A stretch of 64,000 nucleotides of DNA. It comes from Octopus sinensis. Lineage: Eukaryota. Where the stretch lies: the NCBI RefSeq assembly GCF_006345805.1, contig NC_043002.1, positions 21,762,001 through 21,826,000 of the forward strand, read 5' to 3'. Under the pieces are notes generated by a model. The model searched no databases, was not told the origin of the DNA, and saw only the letters and a program-made list of their open reading frames with translations. This document shows, in pieces, positions 38,695-52,626 of this stretch (its first letter is position 1; the number at the start of each line of letters is the position of its first letter). A program made the position numbers and the translations under genes.

Positions 38695-39033
38695 GTATGG
38701 TTAGATTCCTGAGAAAGCATTATTTTAAAATTTTATTTCATCTAATTAATTAATTAATTAACTAACTCACTAATTAATTGATTGATTACTTATTTATATT
38801 TTATTTGACTAAATACCCTTAATTTTGTCTATTTTTATAATATATTTTTGTTTCAATTTTTTTTTTGCTTTAAATATTTCTTTTTGTTTTTTATTATTTA
38901 AATATTCCCCTCCTCCGCCATTGCACATAATTCTCAATAAAAATGAAAGAGACTACTAACAAATTAATATATAATATATCAGAGAGTTAAAACTTCACTA
39001 GTGTTATATGTACATGCATATATAATTACATAC

Positions 39034-39072
<39 letters not shown>

Positions 39073-42000
39073 TATTGGAAGTTCTTAAAGCAAATGCCCA
39101 AATTATTCCATTTATAATACCAGCACACCACTTAGCAGGCAAGGATGCAGGGGATATTTGAAGTCCTGTACATTCTGTGAAGCAATTATATAAATATAAA
39201 ATACAAATAAATATAAAATGTATATTTACATATGTATGCACATACTCACACACATGCACGCACGCCTCACACATGCATATACATATATGATGCCCACCCA
39301 CTCATGTCTGAGGAAGGGCATCATTGACTATTAGAAGAATCATTCTTTCAACAGGGGCTATTTAAGTTTTAAGCCTGCCAGATTCCTATGTCTTGTTGGC
39401 AGATCTTATTCAAGAAAAAAGAACCAACACAGTACAAATGTATGCATCTGTATGCAGAAATTTATTCCAATGTAAAATACTGTGTGTTTTAAAGCCAGCA
39501 ATAGATTTATCAGCCCTTCCATATGTACAGCAAGTTGCACAATCTTTTATTATGAATATATTGTTACAACTTCTGTTTGACCTGATGACTAGTGAATCCA
39601 GTCTTGGGAAAACATGTACATGATTGCAAATATTGCAGACTAATATATTTATGTAGCTTATATGTTTTTGTGTAGTTTATTTAAGTTCCGAGTGGTGAGT
39701 ACATACATACGTCAGCAAAAACAGCCATGCTATCCTTTATGTGTCCTCTTCACTAGAGATGATCTAAAGCTTATCTATTGTTAATCACTGCTTTGGTGCT
39801 GATGCTGTTATATTTATCGCAACCAAGCAGTCATTCACTTGTGCAAGTCAGTCACTGATGTTGACTGTTCTTTTTAGTTAAAGCTACTGCTTTGGATCTT
39901 CTCAGGGTTATCTCTCTTCGATATTTCCCATTGAGGAAGGTTAAAGAGCTAGAAATATATATATGAGAATCCGATAGGTGGAAGTACTGGGCAGATATGG
40001 TGTTTTTGCATCTTTTACCATGAGTGAGAATTTTTTTCTCCATGGTAACTGTCTTCAAAAGATAAAATATATCACAAACCTATTTTAACTAATCTAAAAT
40101 TCATTTATTTCTCAATTGATCTCCCCCCCCCCACCACTAATTTTAATTTTTTTAAAGAGGATTTCACACAATCCTCAGTCTGCAGCCCTTGTTTGTAATG
40201 GGAGCCCCTGCATTATACAAGCTCCTCACACAGCACCTGTTTTGGTTTTCTCTGATCATTCATTTATATAACATGTCTGGCTCATTGTAACTGATGTTGA
40301 TTCAGTGTTCAAGACTTTGGCTCTCTGCAAAATCCCTGACTGTAATTCCTGAGGACCAACTCCCATTCAGAATGTCTTAAACATCTTTGATAAAAGCACT
40401 CAAGGACCTTTATGCTTGTAAAGGACCCATAGTTCAAATGAGTAAAGAAGAGAAGTCTGCACCCAGTTACATTACACAGCAACTTCTGTTAATCTTATGA
40501 CTGCCTGATGGGACCATGCCAGGTTGGGAACAAACATGAGCTTCAAGAGCCCAAGAGAAATCACTTTCCCTCGGAAGCCATGGAGCTGTTTCACCAATTG
40601 AGAAGCCGAAACAGTTGAGTGTGCTAGCAAAATTCTAGATGGCAATTAGAGTGAAAAAAAGATGAGAACTTGTTAAGCTTCTTTTAAACATTAGTGTCTG
40701 CAAGATGTGATTCTGCTCTGAGAAAAGATCTTGAGAATCATCCACCCGAATGGAAGACAGGCAATATAGAAAGAATTATATGAAGGCCAGAGTTTTCAAG
40801 GTGCTGCTGAAGTATTGAGACATATTACAACCAGTCACAGAAACTGGTTTAATGAAAAGAGGTTGAGGTTCAGAGACTCTTGCCTGCAAAGCACAGTTTT
40901 CACAGTTTTATTCTGGTGTAGTAGGCTGTCAGATAAACGGCAGAATTTAGCACTTGTTCATTGCAAGACCTCAACCTTGGTGATCACTCATGCAGAACAC
41001 TTGCTGGGAAGGTCTTGCTTGTGACATTGAAGCTGCTACAGACGATAGTAATAGTAAAAACATTTAACATCTCTTAAGACAAGCTTATAGATCAAAAATA
41101 AATTTAAGCATTGCTTGAATAAGTGGACTGTCCAAAATTCTGAGCCATGATAAGACTTGACATCACAGGTATGATGGTTGTATCATGCTCGTGAATAATT
41201 ACCTATGTTGTTGCATGTTAACCTTTGTGGCTAACGTGGGTGCTGGCAATATACAGACCATATTCCTCAAAAAGTTCTTGGAACATGTGACTGATGATAC
41301 TAAACTTTGCCACAATATATACCTGGATGAGTTCTACATTTGCCATTCTCTTCCAACCCTGATATTGAAGTCCTCTTGTAAAATGATTTTGCCCAACTTA
41401 AGGATGTTTTTGAGTAGAGCTCTTATCTAGACATAGAATGTGTTTTTTGCCTTCATCAGGACTGGTTAGAGTAAGGTACAGATACCTGTTTGAATAGTAT
41501 ATCACCCACCTTTCAAGTGTATTTGCAGAGAGTCATCAATTAATTATTTATAGGGACAAGAAGCTCCCCCAGTTTTTTAAGCATTACAGAAAAGACTGCA
41601 AAACTGGCACTAGCTTCCCTCCACTCTACTTTAAATTTCTCCTTTCAGTCTCTGACCATCACCTTCAAGTATACTCACTGAAGGAATGACTGTGTCTTTG
41701 TTATATTGGCTCAGGTTTTGTGCAATAAATGCTATGAGTCTTTATCTTGCAAACATTATCTTGTTGTGTACAAACATTCCAACATGAAAAACTCATGTTC
41801 CAACCAGATGTTGTAGGACTTTTCTTTGCTTTTCAAGTGCAAAGTGGATATCCATCAGCTGCACCGAACTGACCTGACAGAAAAGAACAGTTTTGGGTTT
41901 GCTTTTCCCTGGAGCCTCTCTGTTCCCTGAGTGAGCTGTTTTCTCAGTAAATGGAATTGCTGAGATGCCCATGCAAGCTTCATTGCTGTCTTGAATGACA

Positions 42001-45000
42001 AGCAGATGACATTGTCTTTCATAGATTTATAGACCTTAAGCAAATAGTTCAGTGACTATATTTTCCTGCCCATCAGATCTGCATGCTCTGCCAGTTTCTC
42101 ATCACAGGATTTTATAAGAAAAGAAGTGGGATAGGAAACAAAAAGAAAGAAGGATGCCATCAAGGCCTCTGCAAAGTTTTAAGTTCAACCTGGCTTGCAT
42201 AACACCTCATGAACTCTCTCCACCCTTTTCACAAGACAGATCAGGACAGTAAAAGTCACAAGTTCAGGAGTACAGTAATGTCAGTTCCTTGAACTGGCAT
42301 TAAAGATACCCAAAATGATTAAGATCATGCTTTGGACAACAGGTTTCATATCAAAGTAACTTGCTCTAAGAGACAAACTTTAATAAAACCTAAAGGTATG
42401 CCTCATTCCTAGTGGTCTCATGGCACCTACCTCACTAACCTGGAATTTCCAAATTATCATGCTATTACTAGATAGTTGTTGAATCTACACTGGATTCCTT
42501 TGGTCTTTTATTATATTTGTCCTGCAGGGTTACTAGCAACCCTCCTCACAGTTGTTGGGTGGGCCATGGATCACCAGCAATCCAACTCTACAGCAGGATG
42601 TACTGGATTATGACTTAGGTTTGTTATATGCCCTAGGACCCATCACACTTCAGCTTAGCACTTTTCCATAGCACATAAGTGACTGAGATTACAACACCCA
42701 CCCCTCTGAATGGGACACAGGTTCATTGCAGGGTGAACTTCCTATTACTGGATCTCATCTACAACTGAGTGAGGTGAAACAAATATGAAGTGAAGTGTTT
42801 TGTTTAAGAACACAATGCACTGCTTGGTCTAGGAATCAAAAGTGCAATCTTATAGTTGCGAGTGCAACACCCTCACCACTAAGCAACTTACCTTCATTGC
42901 ATTACCAATAGTTTATAGAGACACCCATATATGGTAGATGTCAACTTGTGTCAAAGTCGGACCACTTCTTGGAGACTTGTAAGTTTCTTGAGTGTTACCA
43001 TGGAAGAAAATAACTGCTAAGCACAGGATTGCTGACCACTTCTGGAATTAGGCATGCTTTGTTTCGATAACCCTTTTTTGAGTTCTTCCTAATTATTTGG
43101 TAAGCAGTACTAGTCCTTGGAAAGGCCTGCTTGGTCAGTCGAGCTGCTGCTGCTGAATCCATCCATTGCCATTTTTTGGAAAAGAAGCAAGCAATATCCC
43201 AAGCTGACGTCACATGTTTCTAATTGTACACTTCCTGTTAATCAAGCCTGTGTGTCCCACTGCTCTCCATCGTCACAGAAATTTGTGAGAATTCCACACA
43301 CACATACACACACACACTCAGTGATTATTCCATCTTCACAGAGGATTGTCATTTCTTTGTGCTTGTTGTCAATGGTATTTCTAACTTTCCATCCACGACC
43401 TCTCAGATAAATATTCAGTCTTGCTGCAGATCTGCATAGTTTCAAGCCTAGGGGGACAGACAAAAGTTGTAACTTATTGTGTCCTTTCAATTGGTTAAGT
43501 TGGCATGCTTCACCACACGTCCATCCCATGGGACTTTCAGTAGATGGAATGGCAAATGAGGTTACCATAGAGAAACATTTTTATGTTGTTAGATTGTAGG
43601 GATAAACACTTGTACAACACATTTAACACTGTCTGAGTTTCTGTGATTAGTATCTGGTGACAGACCAAAGTCAGATGACCAGTAATCATGGGAGACAGCA
43701 TGTTTTGTGTCAGAGTGTCCCTCTCTCAGAAGGATTCTAGGACAACTGCTAGGTGGGGTAGAAGTCTTTCACTTTTGATGGCATGTTAATCAAACCATAG
43801 TTGGGACCCTGGGAGGTGCTACAGCTCCAGTTTAGAGTAGACCTGAGAACAATTCTGGGCTCTACTATCAGATGCAATTTGGAGTCATATCCAAAACACA
43901 CATACACACACACACACATGCACACATACACACACACACACATACACACACACATACATACACACACACATACATACATACATGGTGAGAGTTACAGTGG
44001 TCAAAGCATTATTTAAAAGGTCAGTGTAGGGAGAAAATAAGTCTTAAACTATTATTTTTTTTTGTTTTGCTTTAATTTGACTAATCCATTATTATATATT
44101 CTGTCGTATATAAAAACTCTTCAAAGGCCTAGAACCCCCCACATCTCTGAAACTATTAATATTGCCAAAATTCTTTAATTGATTAATAGGAAATCAAAAT
44201 TATTCTTTCTTATGTTTTTAGAACTTATTTTCATTGTTTGTTACTTTAATTCAGAATGGTTGAGATTTGATACCATTGCAAAGAACCTTTATATATGCAA
44301 GTCTGCACTACCTCACATCCTTCTGAGGTTAATAAAATGGGGATTAGAGGGAGGGAAGCATGTGATTGAAGATGGTGCCCCAGCATGGGTTTACTTTCAT
44401 CCTTCAAAAGTTTCTATCTTAAAGGGGTGGGAGTGCAATTTACTATACTCTAGAAGGTAGTGCCCCAACATGGTCACATTCTAATGGCAGTAACCAGTAG
44501 AATAATGAAAGAAAAAACTGTTTAAATAAATACTTATATTGTTTAGTGTAAAATTGTCTCAGGAATTCCATGTTACTCAGTCTGTGAGTCTGATAATCAT
44601 ACAATTATTTTCTGTACAGGAAATGGGATAAAATAGGACTCTTACCACTTTACTGTTTTACCTTTAAAGACAGCAATACAATGATGTCCTGGCATTCATA
44701 TGGCCCTCAGCTCAAACTCCCTTGAGTGGAGCCCTATGTATCAGCCTGTTTCAATCACACTCTTTATTGTGTCACACAAATCTCATCTTCTCCTTGTGAT
44801 TGCTGTTGTTGTCCAGCCCCAAGTCAGCTCTGACTGAACAGACTTATGGCCAAAAGTGTTCCAGTTATGACCATCTCAGCTTTTTATTTTTCATTTATTA
44901 TTGGGCATAATGTATCTAGGATTACCTTATCCCCATAGTGTCCATTTTATTTTACTTAACATATTTTGAAGATGATAGTATGTAGGTTAATCAATCACAT

Positions 45001-45129
45001 AAATACTCCCTTTGTTAACTCATGGCTTCAGTTTATTTCACGGAACAAAGTTACCCGACATTTACGGGTGGTAATCAATCTGTCACCTAGTTAAGCACTA
45101 CTTGACCTTTGGATGTTTTGGGGACCTTT

Positions 45130-45610
45130 TGCAGAACTCTATTGCAAGTGCATGGACCAGGTTTCCACTTCAAGGATAACTCTTTCCTTTTCACAAATCT
45201 TAATTGGCCTTCTCATTTCTTTCACTCTAATTACTATCCAGAAATCTGTTTGCATTAAATGATGGTTCATTCAACACTCAGATCCATGAAAGGACTTGGT
45301 ATTACAGATATCACAGATGTCTCACTTGGGAATGATAACATGATCTGTTTAGTACCTAACCTTAGACCCTGGATGCAGTCATATCATTGCAGGGTCGTCT
45401 TTGTAGATGAAGTGAGTGCTGACTACATACAGATTATATTTTTCACAGTATTCTAGGAACATGGGACTAGTGTTATTCAACTTTGCTACACCAAAATACT
45501 TGGGGGAGCCCCATGTTTACTTATCTGCTCCAACTCTAGCATTGAAGTCTCTTAGTAAAATACTTGACTTCAGGCTTTTCCTGAGCACATCTCTTATATG
45601 AGCAGGGAAT
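45130..45610 (-). mobile_element. RTE/BovB-like LINE AP-endonuclease remnant
   Basis: Minus-strand translation ILLRDFNARVGADK*TW...FGVAKLNNTSPMFLEYCEKYNLYVVSTHF...LHPGSK...TDHVII fits GDFNARVG...TWxHPRSKxWHxIDY. Confidence 0.8.
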
Positions 45611-46269
45611 GTAAAGAAGCTTTTTAAAGGCTTAAACACCTGACCCTTCTTTTGAGTAAAAGATGGAAAAATAAAAAAGAATTTCCCGGAAAATTTCTTC
45701 TCTTTTTCTTATGAACTGTACCATTACAAACCATTTCGTTACTTTACTATAATTAATTAATTAATTGTTAAATAATTTCATCAAAAATCTTGGGCAAATT
45801 AAGGGACTTAAATTAGTAGTTATCAAATATTACAACACAGTTTTTATATACGCACATATATAATTGATTTCTTTTTGGTTTTCTTTTTTACTTGCATATA
45901 TTTTATACACCTATTTCACTTATTTGTTACTAATTTACTCACTGAGATGCGCTTCAATTAATTTTAGCCAATTATTTAATCATTCACTACTAACCTAACT
46001 AATCTAGGCTTTAGAAAATGATTCATATAATTATTTTTTCTTTTGCGATTTCTTTTTCCTTAGCGGCTTTGATTTTTGCAGAAATTATTTTAGTCCTATA
46101 TTTATATTTTTATACCTATATCTATATATATATATATGTAAAAATGTTTATGTATATGTATATATAAATATATAAAAATATTAATTTTTTTTTTAATATA
46201 TATATATATATATGAATATATTTATATCTATTTATCATCATCACCATCATTATCTCCATCATGATTTTT

Positions 46270-47565
46270 AGGTCCCCTTTTTTCATGCTGCCTTGTGTTG
46301 GACCTGTCTGTTTTAGCACAGTGTCCCCTCAACCTCTCTTGTAAGGTCCTATATCCTAAGATCACATCTCATCATTACTTCCCATCTCTTCGTTTTTCCT
46401 CTCCCACATGCTTTTTTCACCAACACAGTCATTATTCATACACTTCACATGTCCATACCATCACAATCTTCCAGCGTTTACACTATGGCTGTTATCTCTA
46501 ATGCCTAGTTTTATCTCTCAGAACACTTGCCCTCCGTTGTAGATGCACACTGATATTTTCTTATCCAGTGGAGCATGCTTGCAATATTTCTTCTTTCAAG
46601 CCTTTGTAGTTTTCCACATTTAGTGCTCATATCTTACTACCATGCAATATCAAACCTCATAAACTCGTAGCATACAATAAACCCTTCCCTACGAATGAGA
46701 AGACAGTCCTTGTTGCAAATACAGGTAATAACAACTTCCTGAATTTTTTCCATTCCATTCTTACTCTGGCCACCATGCTTTGCTGCTGATTAGATCACCT
46801 AGAAAAAAATATAAAAAAAGAAACAGAAACTATCTCATAGTTCTAATGAATCTTCTGAGCAATCAAGAGACTTCATTATTTAAAGGCTCTTACTGCTAAC
46901 TGTTCCTGCATATCAGTTGCACATGAAACCCTTTTCCTTTGTTCACTTGCCTGCGATCTCATTGCACCTTTTTGAACCATTGTTTGCATATAATGCACAG
47001 TTGCTACCTTCTATTTTTCTGCATGTCAAACGTTGCCAGTCCCCAGATGGTAGTAGTGTTTTGTTTTCTATGACGCCAAGGCTTTCGTCTTTGCCAACTT
47101 GATCTGTCGGTCTGTTGATCCTAAGCCCTCTTTCCATGTTTAGAACTTTACCCCTAGTTCTCCAACTGATTTGGCTATGAGAAGAATTAGGTTATCAACA
47201 GACAAGAGCCACCACTCATGGAGAGCTATTCTTGAGCTCCTTTATTATGAACTGGATAGCTACAATAAACAAGAAGGAGCTAAGAACTGAACCCCCAATG
47301 GACATCTACATACATGCTAAATTTTTCACTGAACTCATTGATAATTCTCATTTGTGGTCCATGGCTTACATAGCTCTCACTAGCCATTCATCCACCAGTA
47401 GTTTCTGAGTGACCAACAGACTACAGAGTATGCTACTCTATCAAAGGCTTTTTCCATGTCAACGAATGTTAGATATAATTGTTCTTGGCTTAGAACTTCT
47501 TGCTTTATTAAGAATAGGGGATCAATGGTTTCACATGCTGGCACAAACACAAACTGCATCTCTCA
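46270..47565 (-). mobile_element. RTE-clade LINE reverse-transcriptase remnant
   Basis: Minus-strand translation EMQFVFVPACETIDPLFLIKQ...LYLTFVDMEKAFDRVAYSVVCWSLR, plus degenerate GVHQGSVLSPLLF and YADDL segments. Confidence 0.82.
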
Positions 47566-48338
47566 TCTAAGCTATCTGTCCTTGATTAGCTTCGCTATTT
47601 ACTCTGTCTCTGCCACATATATATTTCAGTTTCTCTCTGTATATGTATGCGTAAAAACATACATACATGTGTGTGTTTGTGAGTGTGTGTGAGTTTGTGT
47701 GTGTGTATATATATTTATATAGCTATCTGTATATCTATTTATCTTTCTACTTATATATTATCTCTTTCTCTCTCTCTCTCTCTCTGAATGTGTGTGTGTA
47801 ATCTAACTATTTATATACGTTTCAACCCATTTATGCATTTATCTCTTTATATGTCTGTTTTCAAATAAACTTACTCAAAATATTAGGAGCAGAGCCCATG
47901 GCATTTGTGACTCCTCCAAGGCTAGTGGGATTAATAAAGCTAATGTCCAGTTTGGACACCTGTTGGCCAGCGTCCATCGAAATAACATTTGATAGAGAAG
48001 AAATCCTGGGAGATTACTGTTCTGGAGAGGAAATGTTTAATGTGAAGCCTGGATGGTGAGACAAATTAAAGAAGTGATAACAGGTGGAGGAGGAGGAAGA
48101 TAGCTGGGTAGGAGTGAGCAGATCTGAGTGCTAAAGATCAGAAGTAACAGAATCTGTTGTAGGTGTAGTAGAGTAGATAGGAGATGCAGATTATCTGTTT
48201 GTTTAATGGCTGTAGTGTGTTGGTGCATGAATTTTAGCTAATTATTAGAATGGCTTAATTTTCAATGTGGCCTAGGACAGTTTTTCTCATGAAGTCAGTG
48301 CTGCAAGGATTGAACAGGGGACAGACAAATTCTCATTT

Positions 48339-48520
48339 GGTGGTATGTAAAAAGCACCCACTACACTCACAGAGTGGTTGGTGTTAGGAAGGGCATCCAG
48401 CTGTAGAAACACTGCCAGATCAGACTGGAACCTGGCACAGCCTCCTGGCTTCCCAGACCCCAGTTGAACCGTCCAACCCACGCTAGCATGGAAAACGGAT
48501 GTTAAACGATGATGATGATG
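48339..48520 (+). mobile_element. Family C RTE 3'-tail copy
   Basis: aaaagcacccactacactc...gttaaacgatgatgatg. Confidence 0.85.
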
Positions 48521-49049
48521 AATGTAATTTAGATATTTTTTTTACTTTTTAAACTTGTCCAACATTATGACAGCGAAAGAAGAATTATATGATAGCAAAT
48601 TGTATTCTGTCTTCTCATTAATAAAGCTGAGGAATTCTTAGAGTGTCTGACAAGTGCCTTGTATTTGTTCCAGCTCTTTATGTTCTGAGTTCAAATCCCA
48701 CCTAGTTTGCCTTTCATTCTTCCTGGGTTGATAAAATTAAATACCAGTAAAGTACTGGATCAAATTAATTGGCCAAACACCCGCTAAATTTCTGGCTGCC
48801 TTATACCTGTTTTGAAAACAACTAAGTTTGAAATAACTTTGACCAGTATTGTACAGTGTGCTGGTATTATTTAGTTTGAGAATTATTGGTTAGGGATGTT
48901 AGTGTATTTAGTAGCAGCACAGTGCCATGGATATGAGTAGATATCTAATGTTGGTTTTATTACTGCTTAGTTGAGGGTCAACATTTGTGTAGGTATTAAA
49001 AATTTTCTGTTCTAAAATGTCACTCTAGACTTTTTGGTGTTGTTTTGTA

Positions 49050-49370
49050 ATAATTAAATGATAATAATAATGATGATGATAATATTGATTGTAATAATAA
49101 TAATGATGATAATAATAATGATGATGATCATAATAATGATAATAATGATAATAATAATGATAATAATGATAATAATAATGATAATAATAATGATAATAAT
49201 AATAATGATGATAATAATAATAATAATAATGATAATAATAATGACAATAATAATAATAATGATACTAATAATAATGACAATAATAATAATAATAATGACA
49301 ATAATGATAATAATAATGGCAATAATAATAATAATGATAATAATAATAACAACAATAATAAATAAATAAA
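49050..49370. repeat. (TAA/TGA)n microsatellite
   Basis: Direct inspection. Confidence 0.95.
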
Positions 49371-49662
49371 CAACTATGATGATTTGAAGTGAGAAATACG
49401 AAAGTTGTGTTCAATGAGGAGAGTAGACATGATACCAATAGTAATTGACACACTTGGAAGTATCAGCACTCAACTACCAATACAAATTGGTGCAAGTGTG
49501 AAGGTAGAAAACCTACAAAAATCAGCATTGCTTGGAACTGCAAGAATTCTTCACAGGGTTCTTGAAGCATGACAAGTAAACAAGTTTTACCTTAGTCTGC
49601 TGGCTGTGAACAGCCACACTTCCCATCATACCCAGCAAAATAAGCTGTGAATTTTCATCACA
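49371..49662 (+). mobile_element. R4/Dong-clade non-LTR retrotransposon 3' fragment in a TAA array
   Basis: 49372-49572 translates NYDDLK*EIRKLCSMRRVDMIPIVIDTLGSIS...ENLQKSALLGTARILHRVLEA*. It is followed by a short 3' UTR, with TAA repeats on both sides. Confidence 0.85.
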
Positions 49663-50219
49663 TAATGATAATATTTATAACAATAACAATAATAATAATG
49701 ATTTCTTTTAGTGGCCACATCGGCCCAAGATATGGAGGACAATATCGAAGGATGAGTTACAGCACACAAAAAAAATCCCCACAACAAACAAAGATTACAA
49801 AAACGTGAGGGTTAACATTGACCAAGGGGTGTTACTACTGCATTAAAGGATATATAATAGAAAGTAGAGAAATAAATAATAAATAGATGAATAGAATCCC
49901 CAATAGTTGGGCAGTCCACTTAGGGTAATCCGGGATAAACTCCGCACAAAAATCCCAGATAACCATCCGGATTACCCCTGCCATCCCCAAGGCATGGAGT
50001 AGATAATAATAATGATAATTTCACATGATAACTATGGCACTCCTCTATTTATTTCTCTATAACTTCTGGAGAAGTTACCTCAGTCCTATATAATCTTAAC
50101 AAAAAAAAAAAAGAAGTAGACTGACATGTAATTTTTGAACCTGTGGAAGGCACACTAGATGCTGAAATATTGTTCAACCAATTTCACATGATAACAATGG
50201 CACTCTTCTATTTATTTCT

Positions 50220-50635
50220 TGATGATGATGATAATAATAATGATAATAATAATAATAATAATGATAATAATGATGATGATAATAATGATAATAATAATAA
50301 TAATGATGATAATAATGATACTAATAATGATAATAATAATAATGATAATAATGATAATGATAATAATAATAATAATGATAATAATAATGATAAAATAATA
50401 ATAATAATGATGATGATGATGATATTAGTAATGATAATAATAATGATAATAATAATAATAATAATGATAATAATGATGATGATAATAATGATAATAATAA
50501 TGATAATAATAATAATAATGATGATAATAATGATAATAATAATGATAATAATAATAATTATAATAATGATAATGATAATAATAATAATAATGATAATAAT
50601 AATGATAATAATAATAATAATAATAAATGATGATG
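50220..50635. repeat. (TAA/TGA)n microsatellite
   Basis: Direct inspection. Confidence 0.95.
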
Positions 50636-50965
50636 GACTCTCTTGTGGAAGATGATGTATGAGCATTAAGCCTTTGCTGAATGACCTGCACAAGTGATTT
50701 GTTATAGTGATCATGTGTATGTGCTGTACATTAGCTCTCATTTCCTCCATCAAATTGATGTCTGAACAGGCGCATGGTGTACCTCGTGTCAGGTGTCGAA
50801 GTGGTTGCAGAGCAACATGAGATGAAGCGTTTTGCTCAAGAACACCTACACACCGCCCGGTCTTGGAATTGAAATCATGATCTCATGATCATGAGTGCAA
50901 CACCCTAACCACTAGGCTATGCACCCTCATAATTAATGATAATAATAATACTACTAATAATAATT

Positions 50966-51115
50966 GGATCAATACAGGAAATAGGCCTAAAACTTAGCTT
51001 AGCGCAGCTTCAGAAAACAGTTTTATTAAGGACAGCTAGAATACTTAGGAGTGTTCTTGGCATCCAAGGTTGTTGTAGCCCAATATTAGGAATTTTTCTA
51101 TGGTTTGTAAATGAA
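50966..51115 (+). mobile_element. Second R4/Dong-clade 3' fragment (different family)
   Basis: IQEIGLKLSLAQLQKTVLLRTARILRSVLGI, preceded by a TAA run. Confidence 0.7.
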
Positions 51116-52046
51116 ATGATACTAATGATGGTTTCAAAATTTTATTTTGGCACAAGGCCAGCAATTTTGTGGGAGGGAGCAAGTCAATTACATCGGTGCC
51201 ATTACTCAACTGGTACTAATTTTATTGACTCCGAAAGGATGAAAGGCAAAGATGACCCTGGTGGAATTTGAACCCGGAATGTAAAGACGTAGGAAATGCC
51301 ACAAAGCATTTTGCCTGGCATGTTAACAACTCTGCCAGCTCACTACCTTAATAATGATGATGATGATGATAATGATGGTTTCTTTTATTGGTCATTAGGG
51401 ACCAAGGTACCGAGGACGACATCAAAGGGTGAAATACAGCACACAATATTTTCACTAATTACAAATGTTTCTTGGCTAAACCACTCAAACTCAGCAAAAG
51501 GCCTGACCTTTATTTGTGTTGTTTATTTATTTTATCTTTTTTATTTATTTATTTACTGGTTTATTTATTTATTTATTTAATTATCTATTTATTGTGGGGG
51601 TGATAGAAGCAACATTGATGGGTGGAATAGGATGTGTTGATGAAGAAGGAGTTATTTTCATTGACGTATTTTTTGGTGGTGGGCGAGGGTATTTTTTTTT
51701 ATTTTTGCAATTTATTTTCTTTTTGGTAATTTCACTTCTTTTCTCTCCATTCCAACATCTATGTCCTTATCCATCACTTTATATCTCTCTCCCACTTTTC
51801 AGCCTCTAACAACAAAGAGTAACATCAGTCTCCACTTTTTTCTTTCTTCCTTTTCATGCCCTCTTACAGTTACCTCTTCTCATTAATGCCATCTTCTAGG
51901 AGTAACTCCCACCCATTCCCAACCCCAATCTTCAATCTTCAATCATTCCCAGTTAGTCTTATTTAGCAGTCATCCTAATCCTTTCAAGCATTTTCCCAGG
52001 TGAACTTTTGAAGCTACAACAGCCAAAGACTGATCGTTACCATTAA

Positions 52047-52269
52047 CCCTTTTGTTAACATATTTCAGTTAAAATATACTGTCCTTGTTTCAAATAATTT
52101 GGAATACAATGAAGAATTTAGTAAAATCACTTTGCCATTATTGATCTGGTGTCTGGTACATAAATTACCATGAAAATGTAAATGGAAGATTTTAATTTGT
52201 ATCATTTTAAAACTGGAAATTTGCATCATAGAACCAATAGTGTTCTCAGGTGAGTTGGTATCCAAGGAG
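52047..52269. mobile_element. piggyBac-type MITE, family 1, opposite orientation and older
   Basis: TTAA-CCCTTTTGTTA start and TTAA end. Interior (gaatttagtaaaat...) is reverse-complement similar to 27158-27363. Confidence 0.7.
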
Positions 52270-52404
52270 TTAATGATCAAGTGTAAGATTCTTGCAAGAA
52301 GTAAATAACAGATGGAGACAATGGAAAGGAAGTGGAATGAGCTTAAAGGGGTCAGTGATCTACTTCAAGTGGTAACAGCATGAAACAAGAGGATTACAAG
52401 TTGA

Positions 52405-52626
52405 ACCCTTTGCCATACAAATTGCCTTGTAAAATGTAATACATATTTATTCGCATTGTTTTGAATTAATCATCACTTAGCTCGTAGCTTTGAGATTTTG
52501 ATGTGATTGTTTATTTTTCGAATGACATTGTAGGATAGGTACGAGAGGCCAGATCTGGCTAGTTTGAACATAAAACAGGTATAATGTTTGGGCTGGATAT
52601 GTCTGCTTTAACTGTTAAAAGATTAA
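52405..52626. mobile_element. piggyBac-type MITE, family 2 copy (inverted)
   Basis: attgtaggataggtacgagaggccagatctggctagtttgaacataaaacagg is the reverse complement of the family 2 interior. Confidence 0.65.

Noticed and set aside
50143-50753. Long poly-Ile/Asn/Asp ORFs (also 49058-49373 and 30158-30511)
   Set aside because: Translations of TAA/ATT microsatellites.
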